Positions 11,301 through 22,200 of a stretch of 64,000 nt of DNA are shown here, piece after piece; within the stretch, counting starts at the first letter, position 1, and the number at the start of each line of letters is the position of its first letter. Source of the DNA: Marsupella aquatica. Lineage: Eukaryota > Plantae > Marchantiophyta. The DNA is taken from NCBI GenBank assembly GCA_973895155.1, contig OZ316892.1:30324932-30388931 (forward strand), in the 5' to 3' direction. The position numbers and the translations under genes were made by a program. The notes under the pieces are model-generated. The model was not told the DNA's origin. It searched no databases and saw only the letters and a program-made list of their open reading frames with translations.

Positions 11301-12997
11301 CTCCAGTAGTTTCAGCAGACTCTGCATGCCTGGTTGCTGCATCGGCAAGTCTTCCTTCCTGGGCCTAAACACCTGCTCGATCGTAGGACTAACAGGTGGT
11401 TGAGGCTTCTCAGCCAACGGCCTCGGCGTTGGAGCTTCCTCGGGTGCCCTTACCTGCAGGGGAAGTACCGGGGCAAAAGTCTGACCTCTGGCATACCGGC
11501 ACAACAGCGGCATGTGATAGCCAAGCCGCGACACGCTCCCCATGCCGATTACCTGCTGCTCCTCCTTTAAGATCTTCTTCAATTGGTTGAGGAGGTACCC
11601 GTTGTAGTCCCGGCTTGGGTCTGGCCTTTCTGCCAGATAGACCTGTGCCTTGCCGATCCCTCGGCAAGTTACAATGCATGGTCACCCGCAAGAAGTCGAT
11701 CATCTCTCCTATGTGCGGGTTGGTGCAGGTGTTCCGGAAGAAGCCATTCTTCGTTGATGGCCCGGGGAACGACCGGAACTCCTTGTCAGGCAAGGTCTTC
11801 CTGGTATCAACTTTGGTCTTATTGCCCATCGGCAAGCCAAACACTTCGGCAATCACCTTGGGAGTAAGATAGAAATCCTTCCCATATATCCTCGTGCAAT
11901 TGGTCTCGGGTTCCCATGACCCCACGAATTCTAATAGGTCTGACTCCGGTACCTCCGGCTTCAGCCATGGTAATCTTACAAAGGCCTCCAAGCCGGATCC
12001 GGCCATGAAGCCTTGGTACTTCTTGGTCTGCATGGCCGTAAAGCATGCATCCTCCTCCCGTGCAAAATGTAGTTGCACCTCCACCGGTAGGGTTGCCGCC
12101 CAGCCCTTCCAGGTGTCATCCCTGGTTGGAATGGCCTTGATGGGATCGACCTCCTCCTCTTCGGCTTCTCCCTGCCTCCTGCTCTGCTGCTCGGCTGGCT
12201 TCTTTGGTGCCGCCGACCTCGTTCTTTTTGCCGGGGTGGCTTCATCGTTGACGGCTCCCTTCCTCTTCATCTCTGCTGCCGTGGAGGTTTCTCCTAGCAC
12301 CGTTGCCTGGGTCCACCTTTCCGTGCTACCCTTTAATTCCCAGTGTATGTTGTTGCAGTTCTTGATGGCCTCTCGGATGCCGACGACGCTGTCCTTGCAA
12401 AACAGAAGATCGTCGAGTTGATTGGAAGTAGGCGTCCACAGGAACTCGTCCTTGATGAGTTCGCCTCCTAAGAAAGCCGTCTTCTGCAGCTCCCACAATC
12501 GAGCGAGCTCCTGCCGTTCTCGAGCTGCCCTTTCTGACTCCTCGTCCTCGTAAGTCTTGATGTACTCAGTCGCCCGTTCGAACAGGCATCCCCATAAATG
12601 TGCCGCTTGATTGACGTTGCTCATACCCTCCTTAGGTTGATCGTCGGTATCTACTCTCTCCCCGAGTGCTTGCCTAAGCAGCTGACAGTAGTTGGCCTCC
12701 CGTAGTCGTCTGCCTAGTTCGTGCTCGCAAATGAGCCACCATCTCCTGCAAGCGCTCCTTACCCCTCTCCTCTGCCGGTCCTTCTTCCCGTTGATCCTTC
12801 CTAGCCGCCGACGCTTAACGCGCCCTAACCCTAATCGGGTTTTCACCCTCAGCCTTACCTCCGGCCTCTGCCCGGGTTCCATGGTTGCCCCTAATTGTTT
12901 ATATTTTCCTTGTTTTGTCACTATACTAAGGTGTTCCTAGGGTGCCTTCCTGCTTTACCCACTTAACCGGCCGAGTGATTCCTGTCTAGGCATCACA
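8320..12997 (-). repeat. B1 3' LTR (4678 bp)
   Basis: Direct repeat of 19222-23899, and it follows the PPT on the minus strand. Confidence 0.97.
9241..12882 (-). pseudogene. B-family LTR-encoded protein (~1215 aa reconstructed: PMD-like domain, low-complexity linker, long coiled coil, basic NLS-like patch, AEAEAVGV repeats), with two frameshifts
   Basis: ORFs 11410-12921, 10572-11582 and 9241-10635 join into one frame when a 5-bp (~11658) and a 1-bp (~10643) deletion relative to B2 are restored. ATG at 12882 in GCAACCATGG; the true start is uncertain. Confidence 0.85.
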
Positions 12998-15900
12998 TAG
13001 CTCCCCACTTAATTGTGAAGCATCCTCGCGAACAACTTCATCTTCGTCCATATAGTATTTCTTGAGGCGGTCATAATGGATGCGAACTGGATATACCTCT
13101 CCCGTAATGTTGGCCAATTGCACGGAGCCATTGGGGAACATCATGGTTACTCGAAAGGGTCCTAACCAGCGAGTGTAAAGCTTCCCTGGAAACCTACTAT
13201 ACCTACTGTCATAAAGTAGCACAAGATCACCGGTATGAATACTAACTACTTTTAACCTTTTATCATACTGCTGCTTCATGATATTCTGTCTATATTCTAC
13301 TCTCTCGGCTGAAATCATTCTCGCTTCCTCTAAAGCTTCTAACCTATATTCTCGCTCCTTTAGGCTCTCCTCCGCTGAGGCTCTTTCCTCAATTGTAACT
13401 TGAAATGTCGGTATCTCAAGTTGCGTGGGTACCAGGGCTTCTTGTCCAAAGGTTAAGAAGAAGGGTGTATGACCGGTAGTGGATTTATAGGCCAGATTGT
13501 AAGCAAAAACAGCAGCAAACAATTTATCATCCCAATCGAGTTTGTTCTGAGCTACTGTCTTGTTCAATATCTTTCCTATGATTCCGTTTGCTCGTTCTGT
13601 CAACCCGTTTGCCTTTGGATGGTAGGGAGTAGTAGGCCTATGTTTAACTAAATACTGCTCATTTAAACGACTAATTATATCATTCAAAAAATGGGTTCCT
13701 CTATCACTAACTAATTCTAGGGGTGCTCCATACCTGGTGAAGATCTGCTCATACATGAATCTAGCCGTAGTAATTGCATCATCCTTCGTTGTTGGTCTGG
13801 CCTCTACCCATTTAGTTGCATAATCCGTAGCCAGGATTATGTACTTGTTCCGTCGAGGGTGGGTCAGTGGTTTCAGAGGTCCAATGTAATCAATACCCCA
13901 CTTCTCGAATGGTGCCAGAGGTAGAATAGGGTGCAGTGGATGCCTGGTGGACGCCCTTGGTCCGCCCGCTCGTTGACAAGGATCGCATTGTTTGATAAAC
14001 TGATAGACATCTTTGTGCAAGGTGGGCCACCAGTAACCGGCATTTAATATCTTCTTAGACGTGGTTACTGGGGCAAAATGTCCTCCGGCCTCCTCTCCAT
14101 GCATGGCCCGTAGGACTCGTTTTACCTCTCTCTTCTCCAAACACCTTTGAATCGTGCCGTTGATTCCATGCTTGTGCAGTATGCCTTTAATGCACTGATA
14201 CTGTCTGACCTTCCGCACAAAGACTGCGGCTTGCTCTCGGCTTAATCCTGGCTGTAATCTGGAAGTGCTGAGAAATTGTAAAATCTCAGGGTACCATGTA
14301 CCAGCTATTTCCACAACGAATAGCTCCTCGTCGGGGAATCGATCATCGATGCAATCCGTGGCAGGTTTACCTGTGATCCTTGAAAAGAAGTCGGCATTGG
14401 CATGTAACTTTCCTGGCTTGATCCTCAGCTCATAGTCAAACTCCTGTAATAGCAAAATCCATCTTGCTACTCTGCCTATAAGGTCCGGCTTATTGACTAG
14501 GTACTTCAAACTTTCATGATCAGTATGAAAGATTACCTTGTACCCTAGTAAATAATGCCTAAACTTTTTACAAGAATAAATGACTCCTAATGCTTCTCTT
14601 TCCGTGGTAGAGTAGTTCCGTTCGGCATCGGCAAGCTGACGGCTTGCGAAGTATATGGGATGGTCCCTTCTTTTCTCATCCAACTGACTTAGTACTGAGC
14701 CAATACAGAAGCCCGAGACATCTACAAAAACATGAAAATCTTTGTTCCAGTCCGGTGCTATCATGACTGGGGCCTCTACTAACATCTGCTTCAATTCTAC
14801 CACCGCTGTGACTCGTTCGGGTGTGGGTTCGAAGTCTGCTCCTGCCTTGAGCATATTGGTTAATGGTAAAGCTAGCTTGGCAAAATCCTTGATGAACCGG
14901 CGATAGTAACCAATGCATCCCAAGAAGGATCTTACATCCTTTATGTTCTTAGGTTGCATGATATCTAGCCATACTGCTAGCTTACCTTTGTCAATCTCAA
15001 TGCCCTTCCTTGATACCTTGTGACCTAGTAGCACCCCCTCGGTTACTGCAAAAAAACATTTATCTGGGTGTAACTTGAGACCCACCTCCCTACATCTCAT
15101 GAAGGTTTTCCTGAGGTATTTAGCATGTTTCGATGCCTTCCCGAATACTGCAAAGTCATCAATGAAGATTTCCATGAACTTTCTCAAGTAATCATGAAAA
15201 ATGTTCACCATTAATCGTTGGAACATAGCTGGTACGTTGCAGAGTCCAAACGGCATACGATTGAAGACATAGATCCCCCATTCCGTGATGAAGGCCGTCT
15301 TGATTTGGTCTTCCTGCCGAATCCTGATTTGGTTATAACCAGAGTATCCATCCATGAATGAATATAGTTCATGACTGGCTACCATGTCTAGTACCATATC
15401 AGTAAACGGTAAAGGAAAATGGTCTTTTAATGTTGCTTCATTCAGCTTCCTGTAATCCTGACAAACCCGGATCTTGGGTTTACCATCGGGTCCAGCTTTC
15501 TTGGGAACTATCACAATTGGAGACACCCAGTCTGAATGCAGGACTGGAGTGATGAATCCAGCTTCCACTAGTTTGTCGATTTCTGTTTTGACCAGCAGGG
15601 AATACTTCGGGTTCATCCTTCGAATTGGTTGTCGAAATGATTTGGCTCCTAACATGAGATCAATTCGATGTTCCCCTAGTGTTGGATCTACGCCCTTTAG
15701 ATCTTGGTGACTCCATGCAAACACATCCTGAAATTCAATCAATAAGTCACTGATCTCTTTCTCGAGCTCAGGTGCTAGGTTTCTCCCTAAGTTCAGTTCT
15801 CTTCCCTCTCCTAAGTCGAGCTTCCGATATTGCCGTGCTTGGATCATATTAATCTGCTTCTTCAAATTCGGGTCCAGTTCGGCTTCCAGTCTCTCTAATC

Positions 15901-16228
15901 TCATACCTCCATAAACTGGGATCTCGGCTGGACTAGCCGAGTCGGTCCCTTCCTTGGTGTCCATAGATTGTCCCCTTACCGGTCTATTCGGTTTTGAATT
16001 AGTGGTCGGCTCCCCTTCCTGCCTTGGCTCTGGATCGTGTCTGTCCATCTCATCCACCTCTTGGTCCTGAGAGTTAGGCCGCTGTGCTCTCTCGGCTTCT
16101 AATAGGGCCTCAATTTGTTCTGCCCTTGTAATCGGCTTGTATGCCGATCCCTTGGTATTTAATTCCTTGCCGATGATCGATGGCGTTGTGGACCCCGTCG
16201 GCTCTGCCACAACGCCTGCAGAAAATCC
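12986..16228 (-). CDS. pol: Pol (RT - RNase H - integrase), probably expressed by -1 frameshift from gag-pro
   Basis: RT (DYRKLN, MPFGL, FIDDF), RNase H (DVSGFCIG, TDHESL), integrase (H-H-C-C, WGIDY, SDRGTHF, NGLTER, GPF). No chromodomain. The stop lies 12 nt inside the 3' LTR. Confidence 0.95.
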   Translation of the reverse strand, partial: GFSAGVVAEPTGSTTPSIIGKELNTKGSAYKPITRAEQIEALLEAERAQRPNSQDQEVDEMDRHDPEPRQEGEPTTNSKPNRPVRGQSMDTKEGTDSASPAEIPVYGGMRLERLEAELDPNLKKQINMIQARQYRKLDLGEGRELNLGRNLAPELEKEISDLLIEFQDVFAWSHQDLKGVDPTLGEHRIDLMLGAKSFRQPIRRMNPKYSLLVKTEIDKLVEAGFITPVLHSDWVSPIVIVPKKAGPDGKPKIRVCQDYRKLNEATLKDHFPLPFTDMVLDMVASHELYSFMDGYSGYNQIRIRQEDQIKTAFITEWGIYVFNRMPFGLCNVPAMFQRLMVNIFHDYLRKFMEIFIDDFAVFGKASKHAKYLRKTFMRCREVGLKLHPDKCFFAVTEGVLLGHKVSRKGIEIDKGKLAVWLDIMQPKNIKDVRSFLGCIGYYRRFIKDFAKLALPLTNMLKAGADFEPTPERVTAVVELKQMLVEAPVMIAPDWNKDFHVFVDVSGFCIGSVLSQLDEKRRDHPIYFASRQLADAERNYSTTEREALGVIYSCKKFRHYLLGYKVIFHTDHESLKYLVNKPDLIGRVARWILLLQEFDYELRIKPGKLHANADFFSRITGKPATDCIDDRFPDEELFVVEIAGTWYPEILQFLSTSRLQPGLSREQAAVFVRKVRQYQCIKGILHKHGINGTIQRCLEKREVKRVLRAMHGEEAGGHFAPVTTSKKILNAGYWWPTLHKDVYQFIKQCDPCQRAGGPRASTRHPLHPILPLAPFEKWGIDYIGPLKPLTHPRRNKYIILATDYATKWVEARPTTKDDAITTARFMYEQIFTRYGAPLELVSDRGTHFLNDIISRLNEQYLVKHRPTTPYHPKANGLTERANGIIGKILNKTVAQNKLDWDDKLFAAVFAYNLAYKSTTGHTPFFLTFGQEALVPTQLEIPTFQVTIEERASAEESLKEREYRLEALEEARMISAERVEYRQNIMKQQYDKRLKVVSIHTGDLVLLYDSRYSRFPGKLYTRWLGPFRVTMMFPNGSVQLANITGEVYPVRIHYDRLKKYYMDEDEVVREDASQLSGELCDA
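12998..13012 (-). other. Polypurine tract of B1
   Basis: Minus strand TTAAGTGGGGAGCTA directly before the LTR TG. Confidence 0.85.
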
Positions 16229-19152
16229 ACTGTCCCTGCTACTGCTCCCCACTTAGCCGTTTCATCCAATTGGTCTACATCCTTAACTTCCTCCGGAATT
16301 GCAGCTAAAAAGGTGGATTCTATTGTAAAGCAGTCCTCGACCTCTTCGTCTTCTTCTTCCAAGTCACCTTCCATTGGTTCTTGCCATAATCCGCTGGGGG
16401 GTACCTCTGGTCCAAAGACACCTTCTTCGGTTAGGTTAGTGAAGCATTCTAACCAACGTACTTCATCGGCTGACTCCAGTCCACTATCGTACCCATCTAC
16501 TTCCCTTATGCTTTTCCTACGGTCATCCTTAGTGTCCCAGGATACCGTGATAGAGGGGGTCCCGAAAGTGAACTGCTTTTTACCCCAATCTTCTATTACC
16601 TCGGCTAGGTACAGCCATGGCCTACCAATCAATAGCCGGAATGACGTAGGATTTACCGGTTTCATTACTACATAGTTAATGCTAAAGAAGATACCTCCTA
16701 TCTCTGTCTTGATGCCGGTTAACACTCCCGTAGGAATGACCTGATATCCATTGGCCATGTTCAACACTCTTCCAGTCATCTCCGGTGTTAGACCCCACCC
16801 TTTTGCTGTTGAATCAATCATAATACATACCCCTGATCCTCCATCGATGGGTACCCGTAGTAATAATTCTCCTTGAATCATTAATGGTAATGCTGGGGCT
16901 CCTTGATCTTCTTCTATCATTAGTACGTCGGATCTGGTTGCTACCTTGGGTAATCTCGGCTTGCCGAGAATAGCCTTCCTTAATTGCTTCCGGAAGTACG
17001 GGCTATTTTTCAATAGTTGACCTACTGTTGCCGAGACTCTAGATTCTAGTACATCTTTAGCCAGGTCATAGGGAACAATCGGCTTCTCCTCTGGTGGTGT
17101 TTCCGTCTTGGATTCGGCCAGTTTTGCCACGCTAGTCTCCACAGCTGTTGGGTCTTCCGAAGCAAACAATGCTTTTGCTCGTTTTACATCCTTGGCAATG
17201 GCTTCGGTATTCTCCAGGATTTCTAATTCTCTTAGTTGTTCCTTAACACTAGCCGTAACAGAGGGGTAGAACAACTTAGGATGATCTCGATTGAAGTCGC
17301 TATCTTGTGAAGGATTGGTTTCACTGGTGGGCTCATGGCTTACCTGTATTGCCGGAGCCCTCCCTTCTCCTTCTGTTGATGTTGACGAAGAGTCGATCCT
17401 TTCCTCCGTAACCTTCCCTTTATTTTTGGCCAGCCCATCCCACCTTTCCTTCCTTCTGGTAGATCGAGTAGAGACCCGGTAGCAATCATGATCTAAATCC
17501 TCCTCTGAGAAGGTTGATAGGGCTTCGGCCTCATCATCAGATGGTACGAACTCTGCCTCGGCATCCTCTTGCCATCCTAGTTCGATGTGGTTGATTTGAA
17601 CTCCTCCGGGGGTAGTACCTGGCGGTAAGATCTTGATCGGCAAAAGCTTATGATTTGCGGCCAGGCCTGCCAACCAAGTAGGACATTGCCCTAGCATATG
17701 ATCTTCCTGTCGGCATCCCATACATAGCTGAGCTGGTTGTCCATCACCCTGTTTGCGTGCATTCGGGCATTCTCTAGCAAAATGGCCAGGTTGACCACAA
17801 TTATAGCACGCCGCAAATCTTTGCACATTCGGCCTAGGAGGTACTGACGGGTTCTGAATAATCCGAGGATACATCTCTCCTGGATTGTTCCTTAACCCTG
17901 ACCACAGAGATGCAGGTCTGTTGGATAGGTCTCGTGCTCCAGTCTCACTGATGCCGAAAACACTATCAGCGGCATCTCCCAAAAAGTACTCTACTTCTCC
18001 CTGACATGGTCTGATCTCGGCCACATGCCGAACATGATTAGTATTAAGCTTAGGACAAGCATCTTTATGGTGTCCGGTTTTATAACATAAGGCACACCAT
18101 ACAGAGCTATCCTCCTGTACTACCTTCTTCTTTGGTTTTACCTCTGCAATGATAGCCTTAAGTTGCTCGGTAAGGGCTACGATGTTATCTGGTGGCTTAG
18201 CCTCCATCTTGACTTTCGTCTTCCCTCTCCTTCTGCCCTTCCTTTTCCTAGTTTTTTCTTCTTCAGAACTAGAAGATGACTCACTCTTGCTACTCCCACT
18301 ATTCGAGCTTGACTTATCACTTCTAGACTTCTTGGAATGTTTCTTCTTCTTATCTTTTTTCTTATGGGGTGATCCCTCCTCTGATGAGGAACTCTCAGAC
18401 TTAAGCTGTTTCTTCCGGCTTGTGATATCTGCATTAATGTATAATTGAATATCCTTAATTGCTTCGGCTAAAGTCTCCGGGTTCTCCTTCCTAATTGCAA
18501 AACTCATCTTCTGTGGCAAAGCATTCACCAACCATTGAAGTTGCATACCTTCAGATGCATTGGTCTTTGTACGTCTTACCAGTTTCTGAAAGCGTTGCAA
18601 GAACTTCCTGAAGGATTTGTTCTCCTTGAACCGAAGTTGTCCCAACTTCAGCACTGCTAGTTCTGAAGTTCCAATGGGTCGAAACTCCTTAACAAAGAGT
18701 GTTTTGAAGATATCCCAGATGGCTTGATCTTCCACATCTAATGCTCTGTACCAAGGCCTAGCCTCACCCTTGAACAGGCCGGGAAGAATCTGCATCTTGA
18801 TGGCCGATTCTCCATTTGCTGCAGCGGTTCCCTCGAAATCATCCAACCATTCGTCCGGATCCTCATCTCCTCTCCCATGAAATGCCTTGTAATGTATGCG
18901 CGACCGCTGGCTCAATCTGGTCCCTGGCCTCTCGTCTGGCCGTGCCTCTGGTTCCCCCATGTCGGTTGGAGACTCACTTCTCCTTACCGACTCTTCTTCT
19001 GGTATGTCTTCTTCGACGCCACTTCCAGTTTCGGAGCTACCAGCTCTTTCTGCCCCTCTCAGTCGCTGTGTATCATGCCACCCGGTGAGCTGCTGCAGTC
19101 GAGCTCTCTCCCGTTGAATCACTCTTTCTTCCCTCGGTGTAAGGTCAGTCAT
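16159..19152 (-). CDS. gag: Gag-protease polyprotein (997 aa)
   Basis: Capsid-like region (EDPDEWLDDF...ARPWY), CCHC knuckles (CALCYKTGHHKDAC, CYNCGQPGHFAREC, CMGCRQEDHMLGQC), aspartic protease (IDGGS...LLIGRPWL). Confidence 0.95.
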   Translation of the reverse strand: MTDLTPREERVIQRERARLQQLTGWHDTQRLRGAERAGSSETGSGVEEDIPEEESVRRSESPTDMGEPEARPDERPGTRLSQRSRIHYKAFHGRGDEDPDEWLDDFEGTAAANGESAIKMQILPGLFKGEARPWYRALDVEDQAIWDIFKTLFVKEFRPIGTSELAVLKLGQLRFKENKSFRKFLQRFQKLVRRTKTNASEGMQLQWLVNALPQKMSFAIRKENPETLAEAIKDIQLYINADITSRKKQLKSESSSSEEGSPHKKKDKKKKHSKKSRSDKSSSNSGSSKSESSSSSEEEKTRKRKGRRRGKTKVKMEAKPPDNIVALTEQLKAIIAEVKPKKKVVQEDSSVWCALCYKTGHHKDACPKLNTNHVRHVAEIRPCQGEVEYFLGDAADSVFGISETGARDLSNRPASLWSGLRNNPGEMYPRIIQNPSVPPRPNVQRFAACYNCGQPGHFARECPNARKQGDGQPAQLCMGCRQEDHMLGQCPTWLAGLAANHKLLPIKILPPGTTPGGVQINHIELGWQEDAEAEFVPSDDEAEALSTFSEEDLDHDCYRVSTRSTRRKERWDGLAKNKGKVTEERIDSSSTSTEGEGRAPAIQVSHEPTSETNPSQDSDFNRDHPKLFYPSVTASVKEQLRELEILENTEAIAKDVKRAKALFASEDPTAVETSVAKLAESKTETPPEEKPIVPYDLAKDVLESRVSATVGQLLKNSPYFRKQLRKAILGKPRLPKVATRSDVLMIEEDQGAPALPLMIQGELLLRVPIDGGSGVCIMIDSTAKGWGLTPEMTGRVLNMANGYQVIPTGVLTGIKTEIGGIFFSINYVVMKPVNPTSFRLLIGRPWLYLAEVIEDWGKKQFTFGTPSITVSWDTKDDRRKSIREVDGYDSGLESADEVRWLECFTNLTEEGVFGPEVPPSGLWQEPMEGDLEEEDEEVEDCFTIESTFLAAIPEEVKDVDQLDETAKWGAVAGTVDFLQALWQSRRGPQRHRSSARN
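16169..16228 (-). other. Putative -1 programmed ribosomal frameshift signal
   Basis: G_GAT_TTT in the gag frame, 5-nt spacer, 10-bp stem GGCGTTGTGG/CCACAACGCC, and loop GCCGA complementary to downstream TCGGC. Pol is in the -1 frame. Confidence 0.75.
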
Positions 19153-19199
19153 TACCTACGCTTCCGTTCTAACTTCATATCTCACGGCTTAAGAAATGC

Positions 19200-19217
19200 C
19201 CCCTCCATCTAGCGCCA
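19200..19217 (-). other. Primer binding site of B1 (tRNA-Asn-like)
   Basis: TGGCGCTAGATGGAGGGG, 4 nt after the LTR. One mismatch to the plant tRNA-Asn(GUU) 3' end as I recall it. Confidence 0.8.
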
Positions 19218-19221
19218 AAAA

Positions 19222-22200
19222 TGTGGTGCGTCCCATGGCTCCCTAAACCCAAGCAACCCCCCAGCTCAAGCCGATTCCCGCGGGTTTCACGCTTGGCGAG
19301 GCCGTTTCCGCGGCTTAGCGGCATGGGACGCTGCTAACCTTCTACTACTACTATTAACATTTTACACACATATACTGGACAGATCCTTCATCGGGTCATG
19401 AGATACGTAGCCGGCCTAATATAGGCCTTCCCCTGTCTTCCCCTGTCTTCCCCTCCGTCTTGTTAGGTATGTTTGGATTCCGCCGCCGGAATGATCCCCA
19501 ATAGGCTTGGTTAAGCCGCTAAGACCTCTCTCAGCTCGACACATCCAACTCTCACTCCCCTGCTTACTTTCCTTCCTTCTGTTGATGTGGGCACTCTTCA
19601 CACAAGTTAATGCGACACACAAATAGCAAAATGACTCATTCTGACTGAGTCATACCATGCACTTGCCATACAAACAGTACATCTCATACACAAGTTCTGC
19701 GAACTAAGCCGTGAGGCCAACTCTATTCAGCTCTTAGGCATGAGGAAACATGAATATACACAAGGGTCACTGTATGACTAACCGAGAGCTTCTCGTACTA
19801 CTTGATCCCAGCCCGGCTGGTGCAAACTAAAAACTTGCTAAAGAAGAGGCCCTGAGCTCCCCGCTGCCCAGGTACTTATCCTGGTAGTGGATCCGCCATT
19901 CTTTGCATCATAAGCCTAATCTACTTAACAGTAATCTACTTGCCCGAATCTACCTATGTACAGCAAGGCAGGAGCACAAGTGTTGCTCCTACCAGTGGGA
20001 CCGCAATCCCACTAAGCTAAGTGTCAGGGCCGCTCCTGGTTCTGATCCTAATCCTAAACGTGGAGATCCGTGCCCGCCCTGCCCACTCACGCCTCCTCCC
20101 TCCACGTCCGCCCTCCCTAAAAGGAACGGCGCCCTTGCACCGTCACGACACCGGTGGTGGATCCTCAATGGACGCCCCCAACACTTCCTCCGCAGCCACT
20201 GCCGTTGGCCCGCCTACTGACAGATTACCTGCCCTTGACCGAGTCAACTCTCCCTCGGCCTGACTGGGTCCACCTTCGGCTTCAGCCTCGACACCAGCCT
20301 CGGCAATACCCACGGCTTCGGCTTCAGCCACCCCCACGGCTTCGGCTTCAGCCACTCCCACGGCTTCGGCCTCAGCCACTCCCACGGCTTCGGCCTCCCC
20401 TTCCCCTAGGGTAGTTGGATCCTTAGCCGTGACCCTGTCTGGGGTCGGTGCTGGGTCTACCTCCTTGATCACCACGGCCTGTGAAGTCGTATTACTCCTT
20501 GACCCTGAAGGTTTCCGCTTCTTCTTCGTTGGTGGCTCGGCAGCTGGTCCCTTCCCCTTCCCACTTACCTCCGGCACTGGTGCAGGTGGCGCGGCTTGTC
20601 CTTCGGCAATTACCACCCCTGGTAACTGGTTTGTCCCAACAGGAGATGGACCTGCTGCAGCTAAGCATTTAAATACTGCGGCTTGTTTCTTCAGCCGCTC
20701 TGTTTGGTTGTCGGCCCGCCGCTGTAGGTTCTCCATCTTCCTCGTGATTTCCTCCAACTCCTCTTGGGTTTCATCCAGGTCCTTACGTGCCCCCTCCAGC
20801 TCGTTTTTGGCCTCCTCCTGCTCCCTGTGGGCTTCCTCCAATTCCTTCTTCAAGGTAGCCTTCTCCTCCTGGGTTGCTCTTAGCTCCTTGTCGAGCTCTG
20901 CAATGATGACAGACTCCATCTGGTTCATCTTGGCGTAAGTCTGTTCGAGCATCTCGTCCTTCTCCCTTAGGTCGGCCTTGAAGCTGGCCGTCAGGGACGC
21001 AAGCTCCTGCTGCAGCGCCATAATCCCTTGATAGGATTTCCCTAACTCGACCTCCTTCTGCTCAAGGGCTCCGCGGATTTTCTCGAGCTCCCCTTTCAAC
21101 GCCCATTCCTTTCTTTGGGTCTCTGCCATGGCCCGGCTGTTGGTTGTTATGTGGGCCTCCTCTGTATTCTTCAGCTCTTGCTTCCACTTTTCCCTTTCTT
21201 TGATCGTGTCGGCCAATTCTTCCTGCGTCTGAGTCAGTTTATCCTTGATATTCTGATTATCAGCCTGCGCGGCGTCCAACTGCCCCTGCATGATGTTCAG
21301 CTCATGTCGTTTAATCCGCAGTTCATCTTGGGCTTTCTTGGCCGCCCTTAGATCTTCAATCTCGGCTTCCATCCTCCTAAGCCGCCGAATGACCTCGTCC
21401 TTCTTGCTTCTCTCTAAAGCCACCGCTTCTTCTAATTGGTGCTTCTCCAACTGCTCCCTATGGAAAAAGGGTCCTACCTCCAACTCCTCTCCAAAGATGC
21501 CGAGCGCAAGTTCCCCACACATCTCACCATACTCCATGGCTCTATCTTAGCGTAGGTGGAGTAAGTAGAAGTGATCGGCATCGCCCATCGTGGCCTCTGC
21601 TCCCAAGCCGTCCTGCGGATCTCTTCAATCGTGGCTAGAGGTTTGCTTCCTTTTTCGGCTAGCCGCCTGATGTCCTCCGGCCAATCTCCTCCTGGTAAAT
21701 CCTTTTCCTTAGCCAGGGCGGCCTCTTCCTCCTGCTTGATTCGCTCCTGAAATTCCTGCACCGTCTGTTTTATGCCGTCGAAGCTCGGGGGAGCAACATC
21801 TGGTGGGGGAGACTCAGGGCTACTCTGCTGGTTGGGGTCCCCTCGCACTACCCTTGGAAGTGTGGGGACAAACCGGCCACAGGTCCTTACTCCTGGAACG
21901 TGATGGTCCGACCCATAGCCGGAATTATCATGGCTGCAGTCCTCCACTGCCTCCTCTACCTCTTGGATTTCCGGCTTCTCCCTCTCCTCTTCCTCGGTAG
22001 GAGCTTCAGGCAATTCTGCCTCAGATTCGGAGCTTGAGGTTCCCACGTACATTCGAACACCTGGTTTGGATTCCGGCCTGATTCTCTCCTTGTCTCCAGC
22101 AAAGGGGTTTTCTCTTGTGAGCCGGTGTCGGCCTACCTCTGTAGTAGTGTCCTGCATTGTTGCCGTTGCCGTTGTTGTTGCCGATGCCGATTTCTTTTCT

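Noticed and set aside
9001-12940. Many short antisense or overlapping ORFs in the ORF track
   Set aside because: Shadow frames of GC-rich coding sequence. Their recurrence is explained by LTR duplication.
12986-16252. Assignment to the Tat/Ogre or chromovirus lineages
   Set aside because: No additional archaeal-type RNase H and no chromodomain seen. FxDD RT and the Asp-type PBS in D point to Athila-like or basal non-chromoviruses; exact clade needs a phylogeny.
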